DNA of 64,000 nt from Promethearchaeota archaeon (GTDB lineage: Archaea > Asgardarchaeota > Lokiarchaeia > Sigyniarchaeales > SOKP01). The notes under the pieces are model-generated. The model saw only the letters and a program-made list of their open reading frames with translations, did no database searches and was not told the DNA's origin. Position 1 is the stretch's first letter, and the number at the start of each line of letters is the position of its first letter. Below, piece after piece: positions 31,024 through 41,708 of the stretch. Location: assembly GCA_016926735.1 (NCBI GenBank), contig JAFGOA010000063.1, positions 10,226 through 74,225 on the forward strand, given 5' to 3'. The position numbers and the translations under genes are program-made.

Positions 31024-31782
31024 ATTAATTTCACAAAAGGAAATTATTGGTTTAAGTGGGATTTTCATTGTCATATGCCTGATGATCCAAATTGGAGTTT
31101 TTCTTCATCTTCACCTATATCTAAAAAAGATTTTGCAAAGAAATTTATAAATAAAGCTAAAGAGAATGAATTTGAACTTATAGCTATAACTGATCATTTT
31201 AATTATCAAGATTATAAAGATAGTTATATGGCTTATATATATAACAGTGTAAAAAAAGAAATCTTAAAAATTATTCTTGGATGAGAGATAACTGCTAGGG
31301 AGGGACGTAAAGGCATTCATATCCTTGTGCTTTTCTCAGATAAAATCTCTAATAATTCAAATGAATTATTTGATATTATTGGCAGAATAATGAATAAATC
31401 ACATTCAGCTCGCAATGAAACAAGAAGCAGGGATATTCCTATATCCAAAAATAATATTGAAGAGATTTATAATACTCTTAATGAACAGTTACCATCTAAT
31501 CATTTTTTAATTATTTTCGCACATGTAGATAGTAACAAAGGGATACTTAATCAACATGATCTAGAAGGAACTTTAAGAAAAGAAAAATGGAATAAATCTA
31601 AAATAAAAGTAGCTCAATGGACAAAAGATTCTTTTTCTTATAGTTCTGGAATTTTAGATAATATTGGAAAGAATATCAGTAATGACTATCAGAAAAAAAT
31701 CCATGATGTAGGTTTTGATTGTAAAATGGTAGTTTTTGATTTTAATAATATGAATTTGTTATTATTGATATTTAGCTCATAA
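31024..31782 (+). pseudogene. PHP-domain phosphoesterase (TrlF/Ppl-like N-terminus) with in-frame TGA, truncated
   Basis: KGNYWFKWDFHCHMP, IAITDHFN, ILG*EITAREGRKGIHILVLF, FAHVDSNKG all in one frame; TGA at 31282-31284; no downstream ATPase domain. Confidence 0.7.
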
Positions 31783-32449
31783 GATATTGAGAATGATAAT
31801 GAGATAATTGTGTTTTATCTTCTGGTTTAAGCCATAATTCATAAGCTAAAATATATCCGATATGATCTCTAAATTTTTTATCAAGATCTTCTATTATAGA
31901 ATTATGTTCAATAACATTCATTAATTCATCTGCATATGATTCAACTTCATGTTTAACTATATTATATTCCTTTCCATAATCGAGTTTTCTACTTTTTTCT
32001 AAAACACGTTTTATCAAATCATCTAATTGTACTATTTTATCATTCATTATATATCTAAAAATATCTGCATCCTTTTTTAGATTAAATCTCCTCAATAAAG
32101 ATATTGTTTTTTCTATAAATAAGGGAGAAATTACATAATCTTTAAGTATTTTTTCTCCCGCCATCTTATGTCGTAGTATAACTAATTTTTGCTTTAGTTC
32201 ATAAAAATCTTTTAAATTATTTTTATAATTGTTAATAACTCTACTTATATATAAGATAAGTGGAATTAAAATAATAGCTAAATCTAAGCAAATTTCTGAG
32301 AATATTATATGTGCTTTTACATTTTCGCTTCCATGAACAAATATAAATAATATCAAAAAGGAAATCCCTATAGCTACAGAGATAAACAATTTAAATAAAT
32401 ACCATGATTTTTCTCCATAATATTTACTTTTTTTAATTTTATTTGACAT
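31772..32449 (-). CDS. Hypothetical protein with two N-terminal TM helices
   Basis: 225-aa ORF with two hydrophobic segments. Confidence 0.6.
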   Translation of the reverse strand: MSNKIKKSKYYGEKSWYLFKLFISVAIGISFLILFIFVHGSENVKAHIIFSEICLDLAIILIPLILYISRVINNYKNNLKDFYELKQKLVILRHKMAGEKILKDYVISPLFIEKTISLLRRFNLKKDADIFRYIMNDKIVQLDDLIKRVLEKSRKLDYGKEYNIVKHEVESYADELMNVIEHNSIIEDLDKKFRDHIGYILAYELWLKPEDKTQLSHYHSQYLMS

Positions 32450-33181
32450 ATTATATATTTTGTTTTTAGTAATAAAATTATTATTAAAAAGAATTATTTT
32501 GGATTTAAATTTTTAATTATTTTCTTCTTAATAACAAATATCTTTATTTAAAACAAATATCTAAATAAAATATGTTTCATAAATTCGTAATATCCTTTCA
32601 TTCTTATATTTAAATGATTGATAAAGAATTATCAGAAAATATTTCTATGTAATATCATATACTTTTAAATTTTATATCTAAATTCAATACTGTTTATTGT
32701 TTTATTTAATGATAATTCAATAGTTAAACACTTGAAAACATCTTAAAAAATCACCGCCTCGATTCAGGAAAAGATATTTATATACATCTACTACGCTGAA
32801 TCTCAAAATTAAAAAAAATTACGTTCTTAATTTTTGAATTAAAATTCAATCTTAGGCTAAATTTAAGACTAAGAATGCCTAATTAATAATTAAATCTTTT
32901 AAGATTTTATAATAAAATTGTTTAAGTTTAATAAGAAGCGAGATAAAAGGTTATACTTAGATTATACTTCATAGTAATTTTATATATAAAATAATAATTT
33001 TCACTTTTTTATTTCAATGAACATTGAAATAGTTTGAAGAATCTCAGAAATCTATCTATTTGATTTCTATGAACATAAAAAGTAAATATTCTTTTTAAGA
33101 TATTTTTTAGTCAAAAATATATTAATAATAACGATGATTTCTTCCAAAAAATATTATAATGAAAATAGATATTTTTAATAG

Positions 33182-34390
33182 ATGGAGTTTAAAAAAGAAA
33201 TTGATAACATAGATATTGAAAATTATCGAGCAATAGAAAAACTAAGCTTTTCAACAAAAAAAATAAATATTATTGTAGGTCGAAATAATACGGGAAAAAC
33301 ATCCTTAATGGATGCAATTTATTTAGGATTATTAAATATTAATTCTTTTGAGAATATCAGGAAGAAAGATTTTAATTTTCCATTAAATAATCTTATTTAT
33401 AAGAATAGAAAGCAAGCGAAAATTCTACTTGGGATTAATCATGAAAATAGAAAAATGACTTTTGAAACTATAATAGATTTTAAGAAACATATTCCAAAAG
33501 ATCGTGAATTTAGATCTTTTTTATATCGGGAAAGGGAAGAAATTTTAGAAGATGAACTGAATAAAATTAAAGAAAAAATGAAATCACTTGATATTCCTGT
33601 AAATAAAAGAATGTTATTTGAAGAAGATTATGATTTGAGAAAGGCGGAGATTATTAATGATATTGAGATATCTTTTGATGAATCCTATTCTAACACTTTA
33701 TTTTTTACATTGTTAATGAATAAAAATCCAATCTCAAAGTATGTATATAATAAAGAATACAAGAATAGATCTTTTTATTTTGGTCTAAATCCCTTTCAGA
33801 ATATTGTAATCTATGAACTACTTCATGAACGAGTAAAATTTTTATTTAATATGATAGATCAAAGAAAAGTAAATCCAAAAGATAATTTTAAGAGAATACT
33901 TAATTCAAAAGATATATTTATTTTTTTGGAAGTATTGAAGGATAAATTTCCAAATATATATGACATTCGAAATATCGATGACAATGTTAATATTGTTCTC
34001 TTAGATAATGATAATGAGAAAATTTTAATTCCTCTTGAATTAATGGGAGATGGTTTTAAATCATTATTATATTCATATACGTTATTCTATATTTTTTCAG
34101 AAGGAATTTTATTGTTTGAAGAACCTGAAATATCATTACATCCTGGATATATGGAAATATTAGCAGAATTAATATTGTCAAACATAAATAATTATCAATT
34201 TTTTTTTACAACCCATAGTTTAGATTTTATCGAAGCAATTATAAAGATAGCTAAGAAGGAAGATAAACTAAAATTTATTCAAATTATTAGACTTACCAAT
34301 AAAAATGCCGTTGTTGATAGAGAAATTCTAAATGAAAATGAAATTTTAGACGAATTAGAGGAAATTAAAATCGATTTAAGAGGGTATTGA
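33182..34390 (+). CDS. ABC/AAA_21-type ATPase (OLD/AbiEii/PARIS-like)
   Basis: IENYRAI, GRNNTGKT, MGDG signature, LFEEPEISLHP, TTHS. Confidence 0.88.
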   Translation: MEFKKEIDNIDIENYRAIEKLSFSTKKINIIVGRNNTGKTSLMDAIYLGLLNINSFENIRKKDFNFPLNNLIYKNRKQAKILLGINHENRKMTFETIIDFKKHIPKDREFRSFLYREREEILEDELNKIKEKMKSLDIPVNKRMLFEEDYDLRKAEIINDIEISFDESYSNTLFFTLLMNKNPISKYVYNKEYKNRSFYFGLNPFQNIVIYELLHERVKFLFNMIDQRKVNPKDNFKRILNSKDIFIFLEVLKDKFPNIYDIRNIDDNVNIVLLDNDNEKILIPLELMGDGFKSLLYSYTLFYIFSEGILLFEEPEISLHPGYMEILAELILSNINNYQFFFTTHSLDFIEAIIKIAKKEDKLKFIQIIRLTNKNAVVDREILNENEILDELEEIKIDLRGY

Positions 34391-35081
34391 GATTCTTGTA
34401 ATTTTAGGAGAAGGTAAATTCGATTCTTGGTTTTTTGATGAACTTCTTTCGAATTTATCTCAAGAAAATGAAAATATCTTAAATATAAAAACAGATTATG
34501 GAGATAAGTTCAGTAGTTTATTTAATTGTCTTGCGAGGAATTGCACAAAAAATTCTTATTATAAGAGTATTATATGGGGTGATAAAGGAAGACAATTTAT
34601 GTTATTAAAAGTATATCCTAAAGTATTAGGTTTTATTATAAGACATGTGAGGAAAAATTCATTGTTAATCTTATGTGAAGATAGTGATAATAGAAATACA
34701 GAACAACTTTATAATAATTGGAAAGATAATACTGAGAATTTTCTCTTTAATCCTAATAATTTTCAAAAATGTATTGATTTTAATATTATTTCAAACTCTA
34801 ATATAAACATAGATATTGGTTCTAATAATTTGTTATCTTCATGTTATCATTATATTCCTAAAAGTTTAGAATATCAAATCGCATACATCAATATGATAGA
34901 AAATAATCTGAATATTCCTAATAATATTCAAAATAACCATCATGATTTTTTAAATAAAGTTGTAGAATTATTAGATCAGAATCATGAAACATTAATTAGA
35001 AATTCAGTAAATTTACTTAGAGGAAAACAATGGTTAGTTCATATCTCTAATTCTATAATGAATTTTATATCTGAGATTTAA
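34386..35081 (+). CDS. TOPRIM-like (DUF3226-type) partner of the ATPase; starts upstream of the ORF-track ATG
   Basis: Frame open from 34380: IEILVILGEGKFDSWFF (EGxxD) and later LCEDSD (DxD); ATT at 34386 overlaps the ATPase stop. Confidence 0.65.
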   Translation: MEILVILGEGKFDSWFFDELLSNLSQENENILNIKTDYGDKFSSLFNCLARNCTKNSYYKSIIWGDKGRQFMLLKVYPKVLGFIIRHVRKNSLLILCEDSDNRNTEQLYNNWKDNTENFLFNPNNFQKCIDFNIISNSNINIDIGSNNLLSSCYHYIPKSLEYQIAYINMIENNLNIPNNIQNNHHDFLNKVVELLDQNHETLIRNSVNLLRGKQWLVHISNSIMNFISEI

Positions 35082-35556
35082 TCAATAAAGCTTTTCAATT
35101 GATATTAAAATTTTATTATTTTATACTTGTATAGTTATAATTCAAATAAAAGTCTAAAACATAGTTCTATATATTCTAAGAAAAATAATATTTGCTTCTT
35201 TTCAGTGATATTTCAAATTAATATAAATTGGTTGTTATAAAAACTACTAAAATAATATAATTATGTGATTTCTGTTGACATGGAGGGTAAATTTAAGTTT
35301 TTAAATAATTGTTAAGATTGTTATAAGAACTATAAAGGTATAGAGGACTTTAATTTTATAAATTTCTTTTATCATGGATATTAAAATTCTTTAATAAACA
35401 ATATAATAGAATATATTGAATTTTATATGATAATCAAAAATTATAAAAATACAGAATTTTTATTATTAATTAAACACTAAAAATTTACTTTTTTAAAAGA
35501 GGTTTTTTTGTCTTTTTAAAAAGGGATCTTTTGTCTTATTTTAAATTTAAAAGTAG

Positions 35557-35979
35557 GTGATTAAAATAGAAGTAAACCAGTCAGATGATGTAAATTCAAA
35601 AATATTAGATATGGGTGTGTTAGAAGAATTATTTGTTAGTGATAAAACGGCACGAACAATTGAATTCTTTATTCTTCATGAAAAATGGATTCAGAATAAA
35701 AAAGAATTAATGGAAATTTTAGATATCTATCCTGAAGCTATGAAAGAGATATTAGAAAGATTAGTAAAATTAGACATAATTGAGGTCGATAAAAAGATAG
35801 CAAGTTCAAAATTCTATAAAGTTAATAAAAAATCAAATTTAATAATACCATTAAGAACTTTAATTCATAATTTAAGTTTAAATAGAGCATTATTGATGAT
35901 AGACGAGAATAAAAATGTTATAAAAGAAAAAGAATTAGAATCAAACATAAGGAGTTATGTAAATCAAGATGATGAATAA
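35557..35979 (+). CDS. Winged-helix DNA-binding protein
   Basis: LEELF..RTIEFF...KELMEILDI...MKEILERLVKLDII....KFYKVN pattern. Confidence 0.65.
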   Translation: MIKIEVNQSDDVNSKILDMGVLEELFVSDKTARTIEFFILHEKWIQNKKELMEILDIYPEAMKEILERLVKLDIIEVDKKIASSKFYKVNKKSNLIIPLRTLIHNLSLNRALLMIDENKNVIKEKELESNIRSYVNQDDE

Positions 35980-36667
35980 AGATAATTTTAATAATCTTTT
36001 TATAATTCAGGAAATTGGGAATTTTCCTACAATTATAAAAAGAAAGGATGAATTACTAAGAGAAATTGAGGAAGAAAGGAGTTATAATCTTTTATCAAGA
36101 GAAAATTTTTCAATTAAAGATTTAGATAATTTAAATAAATATATAAAAATAAATAATTTAGAAAAAAAAGAGATCTTTGAAGATCTAACAGAATCTGAAT
36201 CTGAATTTATTGGTTTTATTTTAAAAGATAGAATAAAAAAAGAACTGAGAATTAAAATCAGAATCGATCTTGGAAAATATCATATATTTATTTTCCCTGA
36301 ATGCCCCTCAAATTTAGTATATCGAAGTTTTTTATTACTAACATCTGACTTAGAAACATTTGAAAAAGATTTAATAGATTATTTAGGTTTTAAAGAAAAA
36401 ACAAAAGACTTTACATTTCTTCAAACAAAAAAAATTATTCATTTGTATATGAAAATCAAAAATGAAAATGAAATTATAGATAAATTTCTGAACACATTTG
36501 CAAGTAAAGAAAGATTCCAAAATATTATTATACTCAATAATAAACTTTCTAAAGATAGTAGACGTATTTTAATAGGAGAAAAAACAAATTATCTTTCAAG
36601 TATAGGAAATATTTTTGATTTAGACTATATATTGAATATTAAAGAATATTTAAGAAGATTTATTTAG
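35969..36667 (+). CDS. Hypothetical protein
   Basis: 232-aa ORF overlapping the upstream wHTH gene. Confidence 0.6.
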   Translation: MMNKDNFNNLFIIQEIGNFPTIIKRKDELLREIEEERSYNLLSRENFSIKDLDNLNKYIKINNLEKKEIFEDLTESESEFIGFILKDRIKKELRIKIRIDLGKYHIFIFPECPSNLVYRSFLLLTSDLETFEKDLIDYLGFKEKTKDFTFLQTKKIIHLYMKIKNENEIIDKFLNTFASKERFQNIIILNNKLSKDSRRILIGEKTNYLSSIGNIFDLDYILNIKEYLRRFI

Positions 36668-36669
36668 AG

Positions 36670-37014
36670 GTGTTAGATATTTCTGATTGTAAGTTAAATT
36701 TTTATGATTTTTTTTTACTTCGAAAAATAACAACATATAAATACATAGGAGGGCACAAAACTAAATTGTCTCATATTGTACGAGGTATAGAAAGAAGTGA
36801 TGTAGGATATGTAAAAAGGGCTTTTAAAAAATTTCTGAAAATGGGTTTTTTTGAATCAGAAATGAGAAATAGAGATTATTATTTTTCATTAAAAAGAGAA
36901 TATATTAAACGTGTTTTTGAATTAATAGAGAAAAATAGTTGTCCCTATTGTTCAGATTATTTAAAAAAAAAAGATTTTTGTAATTATTGTAAAAAAGAAA
37001 TTTCACAAGAATAA
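36670..37014 (+). CDS. Small protein with wHTH/RelE-like core and C-terminal Zn ribbon
   Basis: YIGGHKT...RG...VKRAFKKFLKMG; CPYC...CNYC. Confidence 0.55.
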   Translation: MLDISDCKLNFYDFFLLRKITTYKYIGGHKTKLSHIVRGIERSDVGYVKRAFKKFLKMGFFESEMRNRDYYFSLKREYIKRVFELIEKNSCPYCSDYLKKKDFCNYCKKEISQE

Positions 37015-37045
37015 TATATATCATAACCTTTTTTATATATTAAAG

Positions 37046-37645
37046 ATGTCATCAGAAGGCAATTTTAAAACACTAAGATTATTTGTTGAGAAAAGTCTCG
37101 CAAAAAAGATATTACTTACTCGATATTTAGAATTTATTTTAATTAGTTTTCTCGAATTAAAGAATTTAGAAATAATAAAAATACGTCCATTTTATAAGAC
37201 TTTTATAATTATATTTTTTCGGAATTTTATACAAAATGATAACCTAAAGCAGAATTTAAATAAATTTCTTATCGATAATCCTATGATGGATAAATTCTTA
37301 AAAGAAAATAATATGGATTATTCAATACTTATTTTGGATTTTGAATATGAATTTAATTTTTGTGAAGAATTTCTTGGTGAAGATAATATTACTTTTAATT
37401 CAAAAGTTTTTTTATCTAAATTAAACGATTATATTGAGCAAAATCGCCAGGAAGTAAGACATTTAATAAATTTTCGTGATATTTTGGCTGAAAAAATAGA
37501 GTACGTAGGAAAATGTATTATTTGCGAAAAAAAGACACTATATAAATGTAAGAAATGTAACCAAAGCACGTGTGAAAATCATTTAAATAAAGGTTATTGT
37601 GATAATTGTGCTGATAAAATATTGGAAGAATATGATTCAAAATAA
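37046..37645 (+). CDS. Hypothetical protein with C-terminal Cys/His zinc finger
   Basis: CIIC-x6-CKKC-x4-CENH-x5-CDNC. Confidence 0.6.
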   Translation: MSSEGNFKTLRLFVEKSLAKKILLTRYLEFILISFLELKNLEIIKIRPFYKTFIIIFFRNFIQNDNLKQNLNKFLIDNPMMDKFLKENNMDYSILILDFEYEFNFCEEFLGEDNITFNSKVFLSKLNDYIEQNRQEVRHLINFRDILAEKIEYVGKCIICEKKTLYKCKKCNQSTCENHLNKGYCDNCADKILEEYDSK

Positions 37646-37697
37646 TTTTTTGTATCAACTTATCGAATAACCTGATCATAATAAGATTAGTAATAAA

Positions 37698-39194
37698 TTA
37701 TAGAAAAATAGTAATTTTATCCTGAATAATCCTTTTTAATTTTTTAGATACTCTTTCATTATTAATCGTTTTATCAATATAGCCAAGAAAAAATCTTTTT
37801 CTCTGTTTTAAGATCTTTTCATTTTTTTTTGTATTTTTAAATTTATTGTCAAATTTCTTTCTATCTAAACTTCGAAGAAATTCTTTTTTTTTTAAAAAAC
37901 TATCAAATTGATAATAAAATAAAAGTGATATTCTCGCGCATTGTAAAATCTGTTTTGTAATTAATTTTAGTTCTTCTCCATTTGTATTAATTATAGAACC
38001 ATGGCTATAAGCATTTCTAATTTTATAAGCCTTATTTACTATATTATAAATACTTAGAGATTTGAATCCTAATATTTGAAATATTTTTGAAATTCTTTGA
38101 CTTAATTTTCGATTTAATTCACCAACATCTTCTGAAAATAAAGCTTCTAAACATGAAATTGCATAAGTAATTTGAGATTCAAATGATTCAATACTTATAA
38201 ATGAGTTTAAATATCTACTAAAAGCTATTTTAATAAATGTCTTTTCTTTTGTAAAAATAGTTTCTCTTGTCTCAGTTTTATTAAAAATTGAAATAATTTG
38301 ATTTAATTTAGGAATATCTTCATTATATAGAGTATAAACATAATTACGCCTAATATTAAGGAGGGGATTTTCATGTGTTATTAATCCTACATCAAATTCA
38401 AAATGAGAATTAGAATATCCATATCCCCCTATAAATGTAAGACCCCCCGCCAATACATTTGTAGGAATTATAGTTCTTCGTGTAAATACAGAACCAAATC
38501 TAAAGAAAATTAAAGATAAATAAATTATTCTTAAATATTGTAATATTTCTTCTTGTACTTTTTTTGAATTTAATGAGTTAATTTCAATAGGATAATTCCA
38601 AATTAAAACAGAATAGGGAAAATTCTTACAAGGTAAACCTCTAAAATTAAACTTAATATCCGTAGAGATAGTATTTTCAAAATCGGAAGGTTTTACTCTT
38701 CTTATTTTAAGATCTTTTGATAATTTTAATTTTAAGTTATTTATCCAAACACCTTCCAAAAACATTTTTATTTTTATATAATAGAATTTTGGATCATTAG
38801 TCCAAATAGTCCAATTATCTATATATTTTTGTAATTTCTCTTTATTTGATTTCTTATTATATTTTCTTATTATTTCAATTAAAAATCCTTTTAATAGCAA
38901 ATTTGATTTCTCTATGTCGAAATTTTGGTTTTTTTCAAATAATTCTAATATATCTTTATATTCTGAAAGTAAAATTAGTTTATCTAGAAGAGGTTTATCA
39001 ATTATAATTTTCTTTTTTTCTTCAATATCACTTTCTTCAAAATCATATTTTATTTCTCTATTTTTAAAATCTAAAGTTGATAAATTAGGTATGTAATAGT
39101 TCTTATATTTCAAATCTATACTATCTAATTCTTTAAATATTGAATTTGATAATCTTTCAAGTAATTTTATTAACTCAATCTTATTGAATATCAT
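37698..39194 (-). CDS. HEPN-domain protein (ApeA/Cthe_2314-like)
   Basis: ISCLEALF, KLSQRIS, AYKIRNAYSHG (RxxxxH). Confidence 0.75.
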   Translation of the reverse strand: MIFNKIELIKLLERLSNSIFKELDSIDLKYKNYYIPNLSTLDFKNREIKYDFEESDIEEKKKIIIDKPLLDKLILLSEYKDILELFEKNQNFDIEKSNLLLKGFLIEIIRKYNKKSNKEKLQKYIDNWTIWTNDPKFYYIKIKMFLEGVWINNLKLKLSKDLKIRRVKPSDFENTISTDIKFNFRGLPCKNFPYSVLIWNYPIEINSLNSKKVQEEILQYLRIIYLSLIFFRFGSVFTRRTIIPTNVLAGGLTFIGGYGYSNSHFEFDVGLITHENPLLNIRRNYVYTLYNEDIPKLNQIISIFNKTETRETIFTKEKTFIKIAFSRYLNSFISIESFESQITYAISCLEALFSEDVGELNRKLSQRISKIFQILGFKSLSIYNIVNKAYKIRNAYSHGSIINTNGEELKLITKQILQCARISLLFYYQFDSFLKKKEFLRSLDRKKFDNKFKNTKKNEKILKQRKRFFLGYIDKTINNERVSKKLKRIIQDKITIFL

Positions 39195-39308
39195 ATTTTT
39201 TATCCTTTTGTTATTTTTGAGTTAATATCTAATAACTTTTATTGATTTATAACCTTTTTCTCTTGAATCTTTACTATATTAAATAAGAATTTGAAATAAA
39301 GATTTTAT

Positions 39309-40805
39309 ATGAAATCTCTTCCTTTTTTATATTTAAAACAAATATTCAAGATGAATATGGTAAAAAATAAAGATTGGTTATTTGAATTAATTAATCTATA
39401 TCGAAATGATGTTAAAACTCCCACCGATATAAATGGTTTTGAACTAAATACTGGATTTGACTTAAGGCCACCATTACAAATATCTATTTTATGGTTCGAA
39501 AGTGAGATAAATAATATTCAATTTTTTTTAATTAGTCATTCTAAAGAGTTCCCAGATAAACAGATTAATATTTTTGGACCATTTAAAATCCAGAATAAAA
39601 TAGATATCGAAAATTTTGAAACTATTTTAAATACAGAAAAATTATTTAAACATATTAAAGATGACCAAAATGAAAATCTTATTGATGATCTAAAGGAAAG
39701 ATTGTTTAAAATCACACAAAATAATATTAAGCTTTTGGCAAATGAACCAAGAAATGCCTTTGGTAATAGTGGTGTATTTTATGATATGTGTCATTATATA
39801 ATATATGAGGGGAATATATTTAATAATTCTATAACCAAGATTATTCAAGCTTTTCATAAAACTAAAGAAATTAGTAGAAATTTATATATTATGCATAAAG
39901 AACTACCTCTAAAATATGAAATGATACCATTTTTTGCTGGATATATTCTTCCTCCTATATGGTTTGGAGAGTATCCAAAATTATCTATCACAGATAACCT
40001 AAAAGGTAAAAAACTAAGAGGATTTATCAAGAGGATTTACGAAGGGGAGATCGCTGGAAAAAAAATTATTATTGAGAATGATGGATATATGGGGATTGCT
40101 ATAAATGATAATAGAGATGGACAATTCGAAAATAAGGAATTATATGATACAATTAAAATTCTAAATTTTTTTTTTGGTATTATCCTTCTTAAAGGATATA
40201 AAATTCAATCTATTCAAACAAGTGACTTTTCATATACAACCTATTTACCTAAGTCAGGTTACTTTACACAAACTTATAGAAACCATTCGAAATCAGAAAA
40301 ACTATTTAAAGAAAGAAATGAAAATTTAAAAATAAAAGAATTTATAAAAGCAAGAAATAAAATCTCTACAGATGAGCTAAAAAAAATAATAGATAATACT
40401 AATAAATTAATTCAATATGATAAAATCATAGATTTATTAGGTATATTCATTCAATCATATTCTAATTTATCTAAAAATGAGATTATTCAATCTTTTATCT
40501 TAAGTTGGACATTAATTGAAGAATATCTTAATTATATATGGGAATCTTTGTTAGAAGGGAAAAACATTTCCAATAGTAAAAGAATAGATAAGCTTAAAGG
40601 AAGAGATTTTACAGCGAGTATTATATCCGAAATATTAAATATAACAGGAAATATAGATAATAATGAACTAAAAATCTTAAATCGATTGCGGAAGAAGCGA
40701 AATGCTTTTATGCATGATCTAAAACCTATAAATTATAAAATAGCAGTAGAATCTTTTGATTTAGCGTTAAACTATTTGCAAAAAAGAATAAAAAAATTAT
40801 TATAA
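39309..40805 (+). CDS. C-terminal HEPN-domain protein
   Basis: SFILSWTLIEEYL, LRKKRNAFMH (RxxxxH). Confidence 0.7.
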   Translation: MKSLPFLYLKQIFKMNMVKNKDWLFELINLYRNDVKTPTDINGFELNTGFDLRPPLQISILWFESEINNIQFFLISHSKEFPDKQINIFGPFKIQNKIDIENFETILNTEKLFKHIKDDQNENLIDDLKERLFKITQNNIKLLANEPRNAFGNSGVFYDMCHYIIYEGNIFNNSITKIIQAFHKTKEISRNLYIMHKELPLKYEMIPFFAGYILPPIWFGEYPKLSITDNLKGKKLRGFIKRIYEGEIAGKKIIIENDGYMGIAINDNRDGQFENKELYDTIKILNFFFGIILLKGYKIQSIQTSDFSYTTYLPKSGYFTQTYRNHSKSEKLFKERNENLKIKEFIKARNKISTDELKKIIDNTNKLIQYDKIIDLLGIFIQSYSNLSKNEIIQSFILSWTLIEEYLNYIWESLLEGKNISNSKRIDKLKGRDFTASIISEILNITGNIDNNELKILNRLRKKRNAFMHDLKPINYKIAVESFDLALNYLQKRIKKLL

Positions 40806-40949
40806 TTAAAATAAGAAAAATATATAAAAAAATAAATTAATTCTCTTTTTTTATAATCTCTAAAACATATATATTACATCTGATCATAGGTTGCATCTAA
40901 TTCTGATTGACGTTCTTCTTAATATTCTTTTTCATATTTATATTTTTCA

Positions 40950-41630
40950 TGATAAATTATTTTATATCGTTAGAATTTTGGGAATTTTCTTAGAAATAAC
41001 TTAAAGTTTAGGAAAGATAAAAATAATCTCTTCATAACCTTTAATCTTTCCATCTTTCAGAGAATACTATTTTATCACCGGATTTATTAATAATCTATAA
41101 TTTCGGGTCCTGATAAAAAATCTTGATTGAAGTTTTAATTAAATAATTAGATACTGGATCTTCCATTCCTTCTAATGCTTGTATTATTGATTTTTCTTCT
41201 AATGAAATATATTCGTTAGTTTTAAAAATATCCTTAATTCTATGAAATATCCTTATTATTGCGTTCCGATCTTCATATTTAAATTCTTTATAATTACAAA
41301 TTAAATGTCTTGCTAAATCATTTGAGTTCTTTATTTTCCAGATTTCCTTTTCTTTTTTTGATTCTCTATTTATTTTTCTCTCTTTTTTTTCTAAATTGTT
41401 TCGAAATTTAAAGAAAGTTCCTTCTCTTATAATCGTCTTAACTATTATGTTCTGTTTCTCAAACCATTCTTTGTTGTCTTCGAGTATCTTTCTATATTTC
41501 CAATTATTTCTGAGGGTAGGATCATCTGGAATATAATTTTCGATTTCATTTAGAAATTTTTCCTCTGTTTCAGTTCCATAAAATTGGATTTTAATATATG
41601 CTCGTACTGAATCTATATATGAAGTGATAG
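40950..41630 (-). pseudogene. Degraded coding sequence
   Basis: Protein-like frames (SYIDSVRAYIKIQFYGTETEEKFLNEIENYIPDDPTLRNNWKY... and ...NSNDLARHLICNYKEFKYEDR...) broken by a frameshift and stops. Confidence 0.4.
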
Positions 41631-41708
41631 ATTTTTTTTTTATTCTTTAAAAGATTTTAAATAAAAAAACCAATAAATAAAATAAAAATATATGAATCCC
41701 GATTCTAA

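Noticed and set aside
32761-32802. Inverted repeat GATTCAG...CTGAATC in a long intergenic region
   Set aside because: Only 7-bp arms with a long spacer and no second copy
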